A stretch of DNA of 64,000 bases from Torpedo marmorata. Lineage: Eukaryota. The notes beneath the pieces are model-generated. The model had not been told where the DNA came from. It did no database searches and saw nothing but the letters and a program-made list of their open reading frames with translations. Of the stretch, positions 25,265-37,680 are shown one piece after another; positions within the stretch are counted from its first letter, which is position 1; each line of letters starts with the position of its first letter. Both the position numbers and the translations under genes were made by a program. The stretch covers positions 122,822,001 to 122,886,000 of the forward strand of contig OZ360228.1 of the NCBI GenBank assembly GCA_977017645.1, in the 5' to 3' direction.

Positions 25265-25563
25265 ACCTGGTGCTGAGGGCGCTGAGGGCTTCCTGATTGT
25301 GTCGGAGGTTTGGATCTGGAGCTCGGGCTGCTGATCGTTTGGATTGAAGGCTGCGGAGGCTGCGGGAGCGCCGGAGGCGAATCCATGGACACTCAGTGAC
25401 TCCGGGGAGACTCTCTTTTGCTTCTCTTTCTCTGACTGTAAGGGGTGCCAAACAATTTCTGCCGATGGCGAACCTTTGACTGCCTTCCGGTAGACTAAAT
25501 GCAATTTCATGTAATATTACATTTACTGTTTTATTACATGACAAAAAAAGAATCTTGATTCTT
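25265..25563 (+). mobile_element. (TTGAATC)n-tailed retroposon copy
   Basis: Matches 21815-22117. Confidence 0.75.
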
Positions 25564-26282
25564 AGCAGTGAGTTCCAGCACCTAGCATTCCAGACCAACC
25601 CTCTGGAGCAGCACTGAAGGAACATTAAGGTGTCAGAGGAGGCAGCTTTCAGGTGGTGCGTGTACCTGCATCCACAAGCACTACACAGGATGGAACCATG
25701 GGCGGTGTTTGAAGAGGTTCGCCTACTATTTCTTGGTTAGTGTTCGTTTAAAAGGGAAGTTGTGGGTGAATGAGAGACAATAAGCTGCAGGGCTGAGGGA
25801 AGTCAGAGGGAGGGGGGACTGGTGGGATTGCTCCTCTGGGAGCTGGAATGCCCACCTTCTGTGATATAACAGGTAAGTAAGCGAGCAGCAAAATGAAGCT
25901 AACTGGACATTGAGCACAGTTGCTCCTTCTGGGACCTTTTGATGCACACTGCTGCATTTGATTATTTAACAATGGTGAGTAGAATCAGGAGAGCTTGAAT
26001 GAGTGTGAGGTACACTGGGGCTTCCTAATAACCTGCACTTCAAGGTCAAGTTCTTAACTCTCAGACGGTTTCAGCAACTATACACGAATAATTGCCTGGA
26101 TTCTAGTAAAGGAAATACAGAACAAATCTACCTCCTTCCTGCCCAGAAGCAACAGGCTTTGAGCAGTCTGTGCTTCAATTCCATCCTCTGCAATTCTTAA
26201 CATGAAGATATTTGACTCTGCACTCACATGGTAATTACTTACAAAAGTGAAAAAGACAACAACAGCAAGCAATCCAGTCAAA

Positions 26283-26530
26283 ATTTTAAATTTAGACATA
26301 CAACACGGTAACAGGCCCTTCCGGCCCATGAGCCTGTGCAGCCCATTACATCCAATTGGCCTACAACCCCCGTACGTTTTGAAGGGTGAGAGGAAACCAA
26401 GAGCACCCGGAGGAAACCCACGCAGACACGGGAAGAACGTACAAACTCCTTACAGACAGCGCCTGATTCGAACCCGGGTCGCTGGCACTGTAACAGCGTT
26501 GCGCTAACTGCTACGATAACAGTGGCGCCG
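26283..26530 (-). mobile_element. tRNA-derived V-SINE (HE1-like)
   Basis: Box B GTTCGAATC, V-domain, tail ctgttaccgtg.tgtatgtctaaa. Confidence 0.85.
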
Positions 26531-27044
26531 AAAAGTGAAAGGGACCTTGGTGATGTTACCGATCAACCCAATTTCCCCAGCAATGGATCAAAAAAAAATT
26601 TATTTAGTACCCTTCAAAAGAACCCAAGGAATTCTGGGCAGCAAAAGATGTCCTTGTTTTGCTGGCAATCATCGCCTTTCAAAAGTCTTTTTTACCAAGG
26701 AAAATTATGCAGCCAATTGTTTTTATATTTAAAAGAAATGTTTGTGGGCCAGACCACAGCGGGCCCTCCATGACTTCCTAATCTCAAGACTTCTTCATCG
26801 GTATGGAGAAAGTAATGTGCGGAGTGTGACTCCTGTGGTTACTTCCTGCCCCAAGTCCCCAACTCTCAGTCTCCTGAAAGCACAGGAGAATAGAATAGAA
26901 AGGAGGTTTAGGGATATCCACTGTCCTATAAGACACTGTACAAAATCCAACTCTTGGTCAGATTGCATACGAGTCAAGTGCTCGATTGTTTTGTTTATGT
27001 TCTGGTAAAACTACATTTAGAGTAAAGAGTGTCAGCAATTCACA

Positions 27045-27606
27045 CATAAGACCTCATTTGGAGTATTGTGAGCAATTTTGGGCTCCTCATTAAAGAAAGG
27101 ATGTGCTGACGTTGGGAGAGGATTCAGAGGAGGTTCACTCGGATGATTCCAGGAACGAAAGGGTTTTCATATGGGGGAGCATTTGACAGCTCTTGGCCTG
27201 TACTTGTTGGAATTTAGGAGAATGAGGGGGGATCTCATTGAAACAATTTGAATGTTGAAAGGCGTGGACAGAGTAGATGTAGAAAGGTTGTTTCCCATGC
27301 TGAGAGAGTCCAGGACAAGAGGGCACAACTTCAGGATTGGTGTCCACTTAGAAAAGAGGAATTTCTTCAGACAGAGGGTGCTAAATCTGTGGAATTTGTT
27401 GCCACAGGCGGTTGTGGAGGCCAGGTCATTGGGTGTATTTAAGGCAGAGATTGATTGGTTCTTGATTAGCCAGGGCACCAAAGGTTATGGGGAGAAGGCC
27501 GGGCAGTGGGGCTGAGTGGGAAAATGGATCAGGTTATGGTTAAATGGCGGGGCAGACTCGATGGGCTGAATAGCTTATTTCTGCTCTTATTTCTTATGGT
27601 CTTATA
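27045..27606 (+). mobile_element. CR1-type LINE 3' fragment
   Basis: KGVDRVDVERLFPMLRESRTRGHNFRI...NLWNLLPQ; (cttatggt) tail. Confidence 0.88.
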
Positions 27607-27699
27607 CAAGATCAGCATTTGCTGGCTGAACTAGTAAACATCGCATCCTGTGAAAGAATAACAATTAAAGCTAATTTAATTAAAATTTTTATTTTTTAA

Positions 27700-27943
27700 A
27701 AAAAATTAGACATACAGCACGGTACAGGCCATTTCGGCCCACGAGTCCATGCCGCCCAATTTACACTCAATTAATCTACAACCCCAGTACGTTTCGAACG
27801 GTGGGAGGAAACCGGAGCTCCCGGAGGAAACCCACGCAGACACGGGGAGAACATACAAACTCCTTACAGACAGCACGGGATTCGAACCCCGGTACCCATT
27901 GCTGGCGCTGTAAAGGCGTCGCGCTAACCGCTACGCCGTCCGT
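27700..27943 (-). mobile_element. V-SINE
   Basis: Box A/B, V-domain and tail as in other copies. Confidence 0.88.
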
Positions 27944-28240
27944 GTTCTCTATGATATTAATGTTAAAAAAAAACTGCTGGTGCTGGAAATCTTAAATAAA
28001 ACCAGAAAATGCTGGAACTACTGAGTAGGTCAGATTGAAGCATCTGAAAAGAGAGAAAGACAGGGTGAACATTTCAGGAAAATGACCTAAGGTCCAAAAG
28101 GTCATCAATCTGAAACATGAACTCTGTCTCTTTTCTCTGAAGGTGCTGCCTTACCTGCTGAGTGTTTCCTGCATTCGCCGTTAATTGCAGCAATGTTATT
28201 TTGCCGCGATTTTGTGCCTCAACACAGTCTTTTTAAAAAG

Positions 28241-28431
28241 TTACAATATACAAATGTGCTGGAGAAACTCAGTAGGTCACGCAGCATCCAAAGGAAGTAA
28301 AAGTTAACCAACATTACGGGCCTGGGTCCTTTGTCAAGGTACGCTATGGATGCTGCGTGACCTGCTGAGTTTCTCCAGCACCTCTGTGTGTTGCACTCGA
28401 CCCCCAGCTTCTGCAGACTTTCTTGTTCAAC
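28241..28431. mobile_element. Penelope-derived fold-back insertion
   Basis: Inverted arms gtgctggagaaactcag/ctgagtttctccagcac; degenerate hammerhead on minus at ~28307-28340; probable TSD tct(n)aaaaag. Confidence 0.75.
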
Positions 28432-28534
28432 TCTTTTTTTTTTAAAAAGGTGTTTGCTGATAGAAGTTTATAGTTCACATACCAGAAATGCCAACTGAAA
28501 TATTTCACAGAGCAGTTGTCATTCCTTTACTTTT

Positions 28535-29209
28535 TTTTTGAATATTTTATTTTTTTATTTTTAAAGTCCACAATATAAACAGAAAATATACGATTTACAA
28601 CTATATACAACATTATCATTAAACTCACCCTCCCTCCCCCAACTGAAAAAAGAAAATAAAACATACAAAAGAAAAGAAAGAAAATGAAAAACTAAACGTA
28701 CCGTCAGTGCTTACATTGATTTTTCAATCTTTTTGGAGGCGCCACACCGTTAAATATTTCTACGCTATATTGTATTGTACCTTAGGGTTTGAATTACAAC
28801 TGGACCCCAATATTCTCCAGGTATGGTTGCCACACCTTTACAAATGTACCGTATTTATTCCTGAGATTATATGTAATTTTCTCCATGGGAACACAGCTGT
28901 GCATTTCTGCTGACCATCGAGTGATTTGAAAGGGGGAGTCGGACTTCCAAGTGACTGCTATGCATTTTTTTGCTACGGACAAAGCAACTAGCACAAATTG
29001 AATTTGGAATTTAGATAATTTGTAGCTTATGTCCATTAGATTTCCGGAGATACAACTCCGGGTCCAGTGGAAAGGCTACCCCCGTAATTCTGGTTAGTGC
29101 ATTAGATATAGACCAAAAGGGTCGTACCTTTGCACAGGACCAAGTGGAGTGCAGGGAAGTTCCAATTTCCCCACCACATCTGAAACACATTTCCGATATT
29201 TTGGATTTT
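28535..29209 (-). mobile_element. L1-clade LINE, 5'-truncated
   Basis: ORF2 end ALSVAKKCIAVTWKSD...EKITYNLRNKY...KVWQPYLE; poly(A); 16-bp TSD TCATTCCTTTACTTTT at 28519-28534 and 29210-29225; empty site reads TTTT/AA. Confidence 0.9.
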
Positions 29210-29896
29210 TCATTCCTTTACTTTTAAAGTTTTACTCCTTCTCTGTCCCCAAATTCCAAACGAAGATGAGTAATCCGGTCTGTTTAAGATCCTCGGCAGA
29301 GCAGAAGGATAGAAGGGAAGGCTCGAGGGATTAGCCTGCTCTGTCAGCAGTGGGCCAGATGAAGCCCGTGTAAACCCATCCTCTCAAGTAAGAGAGATGC
29401 TCGCAGACTTGTCACGCAGCACAAAAGTCATCAGTAACTAAATGTTCTTAGCTACGCCGCAATTAAGCAAAATCAATATGATGTGCCAGAAATGGTATTT
29501 TACTTTCAATAAGGCTTTTGGTGGAGTTTATTCAGAATATTTTAGCCGCCCCCGGGGGGATTTTGCTCAGTCACAGATGGCAAATAAAGTCTTCAGCCCG
29601 AGGCTACATGGTATTATGCTAATTTTAATGTCAGATGTACTTTTATATACAGCTCTATTTAATCACCCCATTATTCTGCATTTCCATATGAAAAACACAG
29701 CCCAGAGCAGCTCAGGTATAGCCCTTCGCCACAGTGGTTGCCTTCCCCTTCAGCTTCTGTAGCTGAATCTGCTCTGGTCACTGATACCTGGCTTCAGAAA
29801 AGAGCAAAAGCAAATGTCACCAGAATTGCAGCGAGAACACAGAAATCCTAGAGGAACTCGGCGGGTCTCGTGGCGTCGATAGGAGGCAAAGATATA

Positions 29897-29965
29897 CAGA
29901 TGGTCCCCGACATACGTCCGAGTTCCTTTCTGGATCTCGAAATGGACGTAAGTCGGATATATGTT
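29897..29965. mobile_element. Single Tigger/pogo-type terminal inverted repeat end
   Basis: TA|CAGATGGTCCCCGACATACG...ATCTCGAAATGGACGTAAGTCGGA; similar to the ends of the Tigger element at 44810-45927. Confidence 0.8.
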
Positions 29966-30184
29966 ACTCCGGGCCGACACGTTCTTAAACTTCATCCATG
30001 GCCCAGCCCGCCCGGCACTGGAAAGACCCGTTGTCCACCACCACCGGCATCTGGCCTGCGCTCACCTCCCCCACCTCGAACACCGGGTCCGCCACCACTT
30101 TCGTGTCCCGAAAATAGAACACATTCGGCGGCAGCGGAGTCTCGGCGCCCTCCCGGTCCGTGGCCGTCGCCATGTTGGTCCGTC
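29966..30184 (-). pseudogene. ACTR5: ACTR5 (Arp5, INO80 subunit) 5' fragment: short leader, ATG and ~70 codons with a frameshifting deletion
   Basis: MATAT...[17 protein letters not shown]...[17 protein letters not shown], then shifted KFKNVSARS. Matches the recalled ACTR5 N-terminus NVFPFRDARAAPDPVLE...PLVLDNGSFQVRAGWA...QFRAVCARG. Kozak-like ccaacATGG at 30173. Confidence 0.85.
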
Positions 30185-31296
30185 AAAATAAACTCTTTAT
30201 CAGGACTCTTCGTCGTTCACCCTGATGAAGAGTTTTGGCTCAACCATTCTTTTTGCTCCCACTGATGCTGAGTTCATCCAGCAGATTGAGTTTGGCTTCA
30301 CGTTCCAGCGTTTGCAGTCTCCTGGGGGTCAATCAGAAAGAGCAACCCATTTGAAGTCCACAAAGACAGAACGATGTGGAGGGGCCAGGGCGTTTTACAC
30401 CAACTTAATAAACTTTGCAAGCCGCATCACTTTTGATCTCTGATTTTGCTTGATGTTACCACAACAACTTCAAGAAACAAAACCGAAATAACTCTACTCT
30501 CACAAATTTCAGCTGACCTGTTTTGGCCAGACAAACTGATATGGCAGGATCACCCTATCAGGGCTGAGTGTGAAGAGGTTACTCTTCCCCACCACCCCCA
30601 TGGCCCACTCCACCGTGCATAGAGATGGTAGCATAAGTCAAAGAATTGGGGCCACAATCATGTAACCCTGCCTCTGACTCACCACCTCCCTTCCAAGCAC
30701 CACTTCCTGCCAGCGATGCAGTATCACCGGAATACATCTCTTGATCTAATGAAATATTTTGAGTGCATACTTGGGTTAGGGAGGTCAATTTTATTGGACT
30801 ACAGAGGCAGCAAGGGTTGTGAGGAGCAGGCAGCAAGGTGAAGTTGAAATCCAAACATCTGAGCAGGCATGATGGTGTTGAATAGCGGAGTAGACTGGAG
30901 GAATGCCATTGCTCCTATTTCTAATGTCTACCTCGGAGCTTTTGTGTATCGACTGTGCAGCCCGGATGTATAGAGTCTGTGGTTACCTTTTACTCCAAAT
31001 CTTGCTTGTATCTTTTCAAAGGGCGTGGCAGATTAAGACAGAAGAAAGACTTCCACTTAAATACTGCCTTGCACCCAGACTGAGTAAATAGTAAGGACCT
31101 TTTACCTCAGCTGAGAGGTCAAATACCTGGGGCCGTCAATATAAAGTAACTTGTGCAAGATGAGAGGGGAGATGCGTTCAAGAATTTCTTTGCACCTAGA
31201 AGGTGACATAGAACTCAGTGCCTGAACAGATGACAGCAGTAGAATCCCTCAAAACTGCACAAAGAGAGAGCTAGTTCAGTGGTATCACAACAACGT

Positions 31297-33560
31297 TAGC
31301 AAAACTAAGGAGCTGATTGTGGACTTCATGACAGGGCAATCAGGAGAACATGAACCAGTCCTCATCGAGGGGCCAGCAGTGGAAAGGGTTAAGAACTTCA
31401 AATTCCTGGGTGTCAACATCTCTGAAGATCTGTCCTGGCACCTCCATGTCGATGCAATCATGAAGAAGGCTCACCAGCGGCTATGCTTCGTGAGGAGTTT
31501 GAGGAGATTTGGTAGGTCACCAAAGACTCTTGCAAATTTCTACAGGTGTACTGTGGAGAGCATTCTGACTGGTTGCATCACTGTCTGATAAGGATGTGCC
31601 AGTGCACAGGACAGGAACATAAGAACATAAGAAATTAGGAACAGGAGTAGGCCAACCGGCCCATCGAGCCTGCTCCGCCATTCAATAAGATCATGGCTGA
31701 TCTGATCGATGACCTAACTCCACCTACCTGCCCTTTCCCCATATCCCCTAATTCCTTTTTTATGTAAAAATCTATCCAACTGAACCTCAAATATGTTCAA
31801 TGAAGCAGCCTCAACCGCTTCCCTGGGTAGAGAATTCTACAAATTCACCACTCTTTGGGAAAAACTGTTTTTCCTCATCTCTGCCCTAAATCTACTCCTC
31901 CGAATCTTGAGGCTGTGTCCCCTAGTTTTGGTCTCACCCGCCAGTGAAAAAAACCTTCCTAACTCTATCCTATCCATCCCCTTCATAATTCTATATGTTT
32001 CTATAAGATCTCCTTTCATTCTTCTGAACTTGAGCGAGTATAATCCCAGACGATTAAATCTTTCATCATAAGTCAACCCCTTCATCTCAGGGATCAACCT
32101 AGTAAACCTCCTCTGGACTGTATATCCTTCCTCAAATATGGAGACCAGAACTGCACACTGTACTCCAGGTGCAGTCTCACCAGTACCTTGTACAGTTGCA
32201 ACATTACCTCCTTGCTCCTGAATTCAATTCCTCTAGCGATGAAGGCCAACATTCCATTTGCCTTCTTAATAACCTGCTGCACCTGCAACCCAACTTTTTG
32301 CGATTCGTGCACAAGCACTCCCAAGTCCTTCTGCACAACAGCGTGCTGCAGTTTTTCACGATTTAAATAATACTCTGCTCTTTTATTTTTCTTGCCAAAG
32401 TGGATAACCTCGCACTTACTAACATTGAACTCCATCTGCCAGACCTTTGCCCACTCACCTAACTTAACTATATCCCTCTGCAGCCTCTCCACATCCTCAG
32501 TACAATTTACTCTTTCACTCAATTTAGTATCATCCGCAAACTTGGCTACACCACATTTTGTCCCCTCCTCCAAATCATCAATGTAAATGATGAACAGTTG
32601 TGGGCCCAGCACCGACCCCTGCGGCTCCCCACTTACCACTGTCTGCCAATCAGAAAAACACCCATTTATCCCGACTCTCTGCCTCCTGTCAGACAACCAA
32701 TCCTCAATCCATGCCAATATACTTCCCTGGACTCCATTCACCTGTAACTTACTGATAAGTCTCTTGTGCGGCACCTTATCAAATGCTTTCTGGAAATCCA
32801 AATATACAACATCAACCTGTTCCCCTCTATCTACCGCACCCATTATGTCCTCAAAGAACTCTAACAAGTTTGTCAAACAAGATCTGCCCTTCCTAAACCC
32901 ATGCTGCATCTGCCTGATTGAACCCCTTCGTTCTAAATGTCTCACTATTTCATCCTTAATGACAACTTCAAGCGTTTTCCCAACTACAGACATTAAGCTA
33001 ATTGGCCGATAGTTCCCAGTCTTCTGCCTACATCCCTTCTTAAAAAGTGGCGTGACATTTGCTGTCTTTCAATCTGCCGGGACCTGCCCAGAATCCAGAG
33101 AATTTTGGTATATGACCACCAATGCATCGACTATAACTTCTGCCATTTCCCTCAGAACCCTGGGAATCAGGGCCAGGAAATAAATTACAGAGAGTTGTGA
33201 ACTCGGCCAGCACCATCATGGCATCAGTCTTCACTCTATCGAGGACATCTACAAGAGGGGGTGTCTTAAGAAAGCAACCTCCATCCTCAAGGACTCTCAC
33301 CACCCTCTTCCCACTGCTACCATCGTGAAGGATGTTCAGAAGCCTGAAGACGAACACCCAACAGCATAAGGACAGCTTCTTCCCTTCTGCCATCAGATTT
33401 CTGAATGGACAATGAACCACAGACACGACCTCACTTTCTATTCTCTTGCAATAATTTATTTATTTTTAAATGTATTTTATAGCAATACTTGCATTGCAAT
33501 GCTGCCGCAAAACAACGAATTTTGTGACATGTTCATGTCAATAAATTCTGATTCTGACCT
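31297..33560 (+). mobile_element. Rex1/Babar-type LINE 3' part, split by a CR1
   Basis: VERVKNFKFLGVNISEDLSW...NFYRCTVESILTGCITV; resumes at 33180; AATAAA(ttctga)n tail. Confidence 0.85.
31618..33173 (-). mobile_element. CR1-type LINE with reverse transcriptase domain (disrupted)
   Basis: QHGFRKGRSCLTNL, YLDFQKAFDKV, PQGSVLGP, KFADDTKL; probable TSD CAGGAA at 31612-31617 and 33174-33179. Confidence 0.93.
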
Positions 33561-34456
33561 GGGGCTGGATGATGGGATGAGGGTGGGTCGATGTTCTTTT
33601 ATCTGAATGGCTGGTTGTGGTGGACAGTTCTGCCCAACTGTATATTTCTAAATGAACCATTCTCATAAACCTCATTCATACCAAATCAGTATTCAAAAAG
33701 AAACTGAAAGGTAAGAGAAAGAGAGAGAGAGAGGACAAACGGACAAGATGAAGTATATGGAATTGAAGGGGATTCGCGTAGATTATAGGCTGAATGTTCT
33801 GCTTCCAGGCTGAGGACACCAAGGGATGCTACTGTTGCTTAATATATTATCAGGGTGAAGTAGTCACTGGCAAAGGCTGCATTCCCTTCCTATCCGAAGC
33901 TGAGGTGTGTGCGGGACTGGAGTCAGATCCAGGCCGAGATCAAGAGATTTCTTTTCCTAAAAGACACTTACGTTTACTGCGACCATCTGTTAGCTTTACG
34001 CTCATGCCTACGATATGTTCAGATCCTCTGGTGATCTGGTTTACTGATCCAGTGGTGTATCCTTCACAGTGAAGCAGCATTCCTCCTTGTGAATTAGTAC
34101 AATGCCATTGATTCGCAGAGATAAAGACAGGTCACGTCCACCTTAGCTGGACAACCTCACAAATGCGCCATTCAGAAGGTTCTCGTCCCGAACTTCCCAC
34201 CAGATCGGCACTACTCCTCCCAAATCCAAGCACATCACCAGAACATCCGGATGCATGCCTCTGGTTGCATTTTAAGCTCCCTCAATTGCACCAGTATTAT
34301 TTAAAGAACACGTCAATGCTGTTGTTGTTGTTGCCCAGGTTCCTCTCTAGTCTGGAAGCAGAACTTGCGAAAGTGAAGCAAAGTTCATCCATGAAGCCTG
34401 CAGCGATACTGCTGTTCAAACCTCTCCAGTAATATTAGAACTTCTGAAGGTAAGAA

Positions 34457-34651
34457 CAGTAAAACACAGTACAAACAGGAATTGGTAGATATCAGATAAG
34501 TGAATTTTCCAGTTGCTTGAGATTGCGTGTTGCGTGGACTGACAAACTAACGGCAACGCGCGCCAATTTTAAATTTCCATATTTTTTACCTATTTATTTT
34601 CCTTGATTTTTTTGCCCGTTGCTTGAATTCCGGATAATGAGGGTTTTACTG
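34457..34651. mobile_element. Degenerate Tc1/mariner-Tigger-type MITE
   Basis: Ends CAGTAAAAC...CCGGATAATGAGGGTTTTACTG|TA; left TA not preserved. Confidence 0.55.
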
Positions 34652-35302
34652 TATTTCCTTCATCTATTTATTATTGGAGGTAACTTGTACAGGATCCCTT
34701 TCAAAAGGAAATTGCAATTGACTTACAAAAGTTGTAATAAAAGGCTGAAAATGCTCAGATCAGAGGGAGAAACAGGCTGATTGCTACAAGCCAATTATCC
34801 TTCTGATCAGGGCTGAAGAGTTGGAGATTTCAGATGCTGCTTGACCTGCTGTGCATTTCCGGCATTTTCCGCTTTCACTTCAGACATGCCGAATTGGCTT
34901 ATAAAAGTTGTGCTGGGAATCTGGGGATGATGTTCATTTGGTCACCAGCATAGAGATGCAGCAGATTAAAGGTTTCCCCTTCTTTCCTGCACCCCCACCC
35001 TATCCTCTTTCTCCACTAAGGGCTGAGAATTAAAGAGTGTGGGAGATCTGCTCTTTCATGTTCATGCTCTGCTGGCCTTCTGTTACGGTAAGGACCTCTT
35101 AGCTCGTGGCAGGAGTCTTGCATGTGGGCCACAAGGAAAGCAGGAGTGGTGGTGACAAGCCTCAGCGGCTGCCGCTGCTCGCAGGCCTGACGTCAGAGAA
35201 AAGGGGGCCCGCAAATATCCACCACACAGAGAAAAAGGAGGAGGGGCCATTGGGTGAGTGACAACTGATGGGAACCAGTGCCGGTTCTCTTTGCCACTAG
35301 TT

Positions 35303-35526
35303 AAATTTTTTTAAATTTAGACATACAGCATGGTAACAGGCCTATTCGGCCCACGAGTCCGTGCCGCCCAATTTACACCCAATTAACTACACCCCCGGGG
35401 AGAACGTACAAACTCCTTACAGACAGCGCGGGATTCGAACCCCGGTCCCAATCCCAGGCACTGTAAAGGTGTTGCTCTAACCGCTACGCCAACTGTGCTG
35501 CCCCATACGCCAACCGTGCCGCCCCA
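35303..35526 (-). mobile_element. V-SINE with internal deletion and 21-bp tandem duplication at the 5' end
   Basis: Tail and boxes present; tacgccaac(t/c)gtgc(t/c)gcccca twice. Confidence 0.8.
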
Positions 35527-35994
35527 AGTTACAAGGCATGGTTACACCAGTGCGGAGTACCAAGATAGAGTACACGAGAATTAGGAGCCAGAGTAGGCCA
35601 TCTAATCCTTCGAGTCCACTCTGCCACTCATCAAGATCATGGCAGATCTACCTCTGCTCCATTTTCTATCTCGATATCTCTTCATTCCCTTTATATCCAG
35701 CGATATATTGATCTCCGTTTTGAGTGAACTCAATAACTAAGCCTCTGCAGCCTTCCGAGGCAAGAAATTTTCTTTGCATCTGTCCTGAAAGGTCTAATCC
35801 TGAAGCCATGACCCCTGGTTCTTGCTTCCTCACCAAGGGGAAACTCCCTCCCTGCAGTTACACGGTCAATAATCTGTAGGGATTTTGTAAGATTCAATGA
35901 GATTATCTCTTGTTTGGGTGGAGAAGCATTAATGTGAGACTTCAAGGGAGTAGAGTGGAAGTCAGGCCAGAACGACTTGGAATAAAGACAGCGA

Positions 35995-36505
35995 GGGCTT
36001 CTTTAAGACTCTCGTAAACTTCTACAGGTGTACCGTGGAGAGCATTCTGGCTGGTTGCATCACTGCCTGGTATGGAGGAGCCAACTCTCAGGACAAGAGT
36101 AAACTCCAGAGGGTTATTAACTCGGCCTGTGACATCACAGGCACCAAACTTCACTCCATCGAGGACATCTACATGAGGTGATGTCTTATAAAAGCAGCCT
36201 CTGTCCTCAAAGACCCCCACCACCCAGGCCAAGCCCTCTTCACTCTGCTTCCATCGGGAAAAAGGTACAGGAGCCTAAAGACGAGCACTCAACGGCACAA
36301 GGACAGCTTCTACCCCGCTGCCATCAGATTCCTGAATAATCAATGAACCAGACACTGCCTTACTTTTCGTGCACTATTACTGATAATTTTTTATAGTAAT
36401 GTCGAAAGATGGTTATAATATGAATTTTAATTGCACTGTGATGCTGCCGCAAAACACCGAATTTCATGACTTGTTCATGACAATAAATTCTGATTCTGAT
36501 TCTTT
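35995..36505 (+). mobile_element. Rex1/Babar-type 3' fragment
   Basis: aacttctacaggtgtaccgtggagagcattctg; AATAAA(ttctga)n tail. Confidence 0.85.
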
Positions 36506-36802
36506 AATTTGATAGAGGTGCTCACGATCACAATAGACTTAGACAGGATAAAAGCAGGGAAGTTGTGTACAGCAGCAGAAACCAAGGAATAGAGAGTTAC
36601 AATTTTGTACACAATATATAACGAGAAAAAAAACCTTTATGCAGAGTAGTTATAACCTAGCTGGGAAGGGTGATGAGAACAGAGTAATTGAATTGTTTAT
36701 TGTTATCTGCACTAAAATACAGTGAAAATCTTTTTTATATGCTATCCAGACAGCTCAATCTAAACATGAGTACAACTGGTAGTGCAAAAATGCAGACTAT
36801 AA

Positions 36803-37008
36803 TTTTTTTTAAATTTAGACATACAGCACTGTAACAGGCCAATTCGGCCCTACGAGTCCGTGCCGCCCAATTTACACCCCATTAACCTGCACCCCAGTAC
36901 GTTTTTGAAGGGTGGGAGGAAACTGGAGCCCCTGGAGAAAACCCACGCAGACACAGGGAGAACATACAAACTCCTTACAGACAGCGTGGGATTTAACCGC
37001 TACGCCAA
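36803..37008 (-). mobile_element. V-SINE
   Basis: V-domain and tail. Confidence 0.82.
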
Positions 37009-37074
37009 CAAATGTTGCAGTGAAAAAGTGCTGTTAAAATAGGCATAATTTCACCAAGGAGTAGTCTATTCAAT

Positions 37075-37360
37075 TATCTTATTTCAGTGGGGAAAATCCT
37101 GTTCCTGAATCTGTTTTCATGATCACGTATCTTCTGCTTGACGGAAGGAGGGAGAAGAGTGTGATGGAGATGGGATGGGTCTTTTAAAATGTTGGGTGCT
37201 TTCCCCAGGCAGAAGGAAGCGTAGACTGAGTCGATGGAGGGTGGGGGGTGGGTGGTGGTGGTGGTTGGCATGACGGCTTGAGCTGCTTTCACAATTCTTT
37301 GCAGTTTCTTGCGGCCTTGAGGAGAGCAATTCCCGTACCAGGTCTGTGATGCTTCCAGAA
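37075..37360 (-). mobile_element. Rex1-type fragment
   Basis: WYGNCSPQGRKKLQRIVKAAQ...ILKDPSH. Confidence 0.75.
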
Positions 37361-37367
37361 TTATGAG

Positions 37368-37680
37368 GCATAGATAGGGTGGACAGCCAGCGACACAGGG
37401 CATCGGATTAAGGTGAGTGGAGGAAAGTTTAGGGGAGATGTCAAAGGCAAGTTCTTTGTATTTACACAGAGGGGAGGGTGCCTGGAATGCATTACCTGGG
37501 GTGGTAGGGGAGGCTTGTAAATTTGGACATTTAAAAGACTCTTAGGTAGGCACATGGATGTAAGAAAAATACAGGTTATGAGTGTGTGATAGGGAAGGAT
37601 TAGATTGTTGTGGAGTAGGTTTATATACGTCAGCACAACATTATGGGCTGAAGGGCCTGTTCTGTGCTGTAATGTTCTGT
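37368..37680 (+). mobile_element. CR1-type 3' fragment
   Basis: atttaaaagactcttaggtaggcacatgg; gggctgaagggcctgttctgtgctgt tail; inverted homolog at 50732. Confidence 0.8.

Larger units (their letters stand above)
29830..30322. mobile_element. Penelope-derived fold-back hosting the Tigger/ACTR5 insertion
   Basis: Left arm gaggaactcggcgggtc...ataggaggcaaagatata; right arm cctgatgaag...ctgagttcatccagcag. Confidence 0.65.

Noticed and set aside
29940-29970. SNIY after the ACTR5 fragment, resembling the ACTR5 C-terminus (would imply an internally deleted retrocopy)
   Set aside because: The bases are better explained as the inner part of the Tigger TIR, which matches 44810-44878; no poly(A).
32094-32993. 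299-aa reverse transcriptase ORF as a possible domesticated gene
   Set aside because: 5'-truncated, frameshifted CR1 with tail and TSD.
34339-34449. Plus-strand 111-bp segment bounded by CAG and GTAAGA
   Set aside because: Stops in all three frames, weak polypyrimidine tract, no transcript evidence.
35188-35195. Perfect CRE palindrome TGACGTCA
   Set aside because: A single 8-mer is expected by chance in 64 kb.
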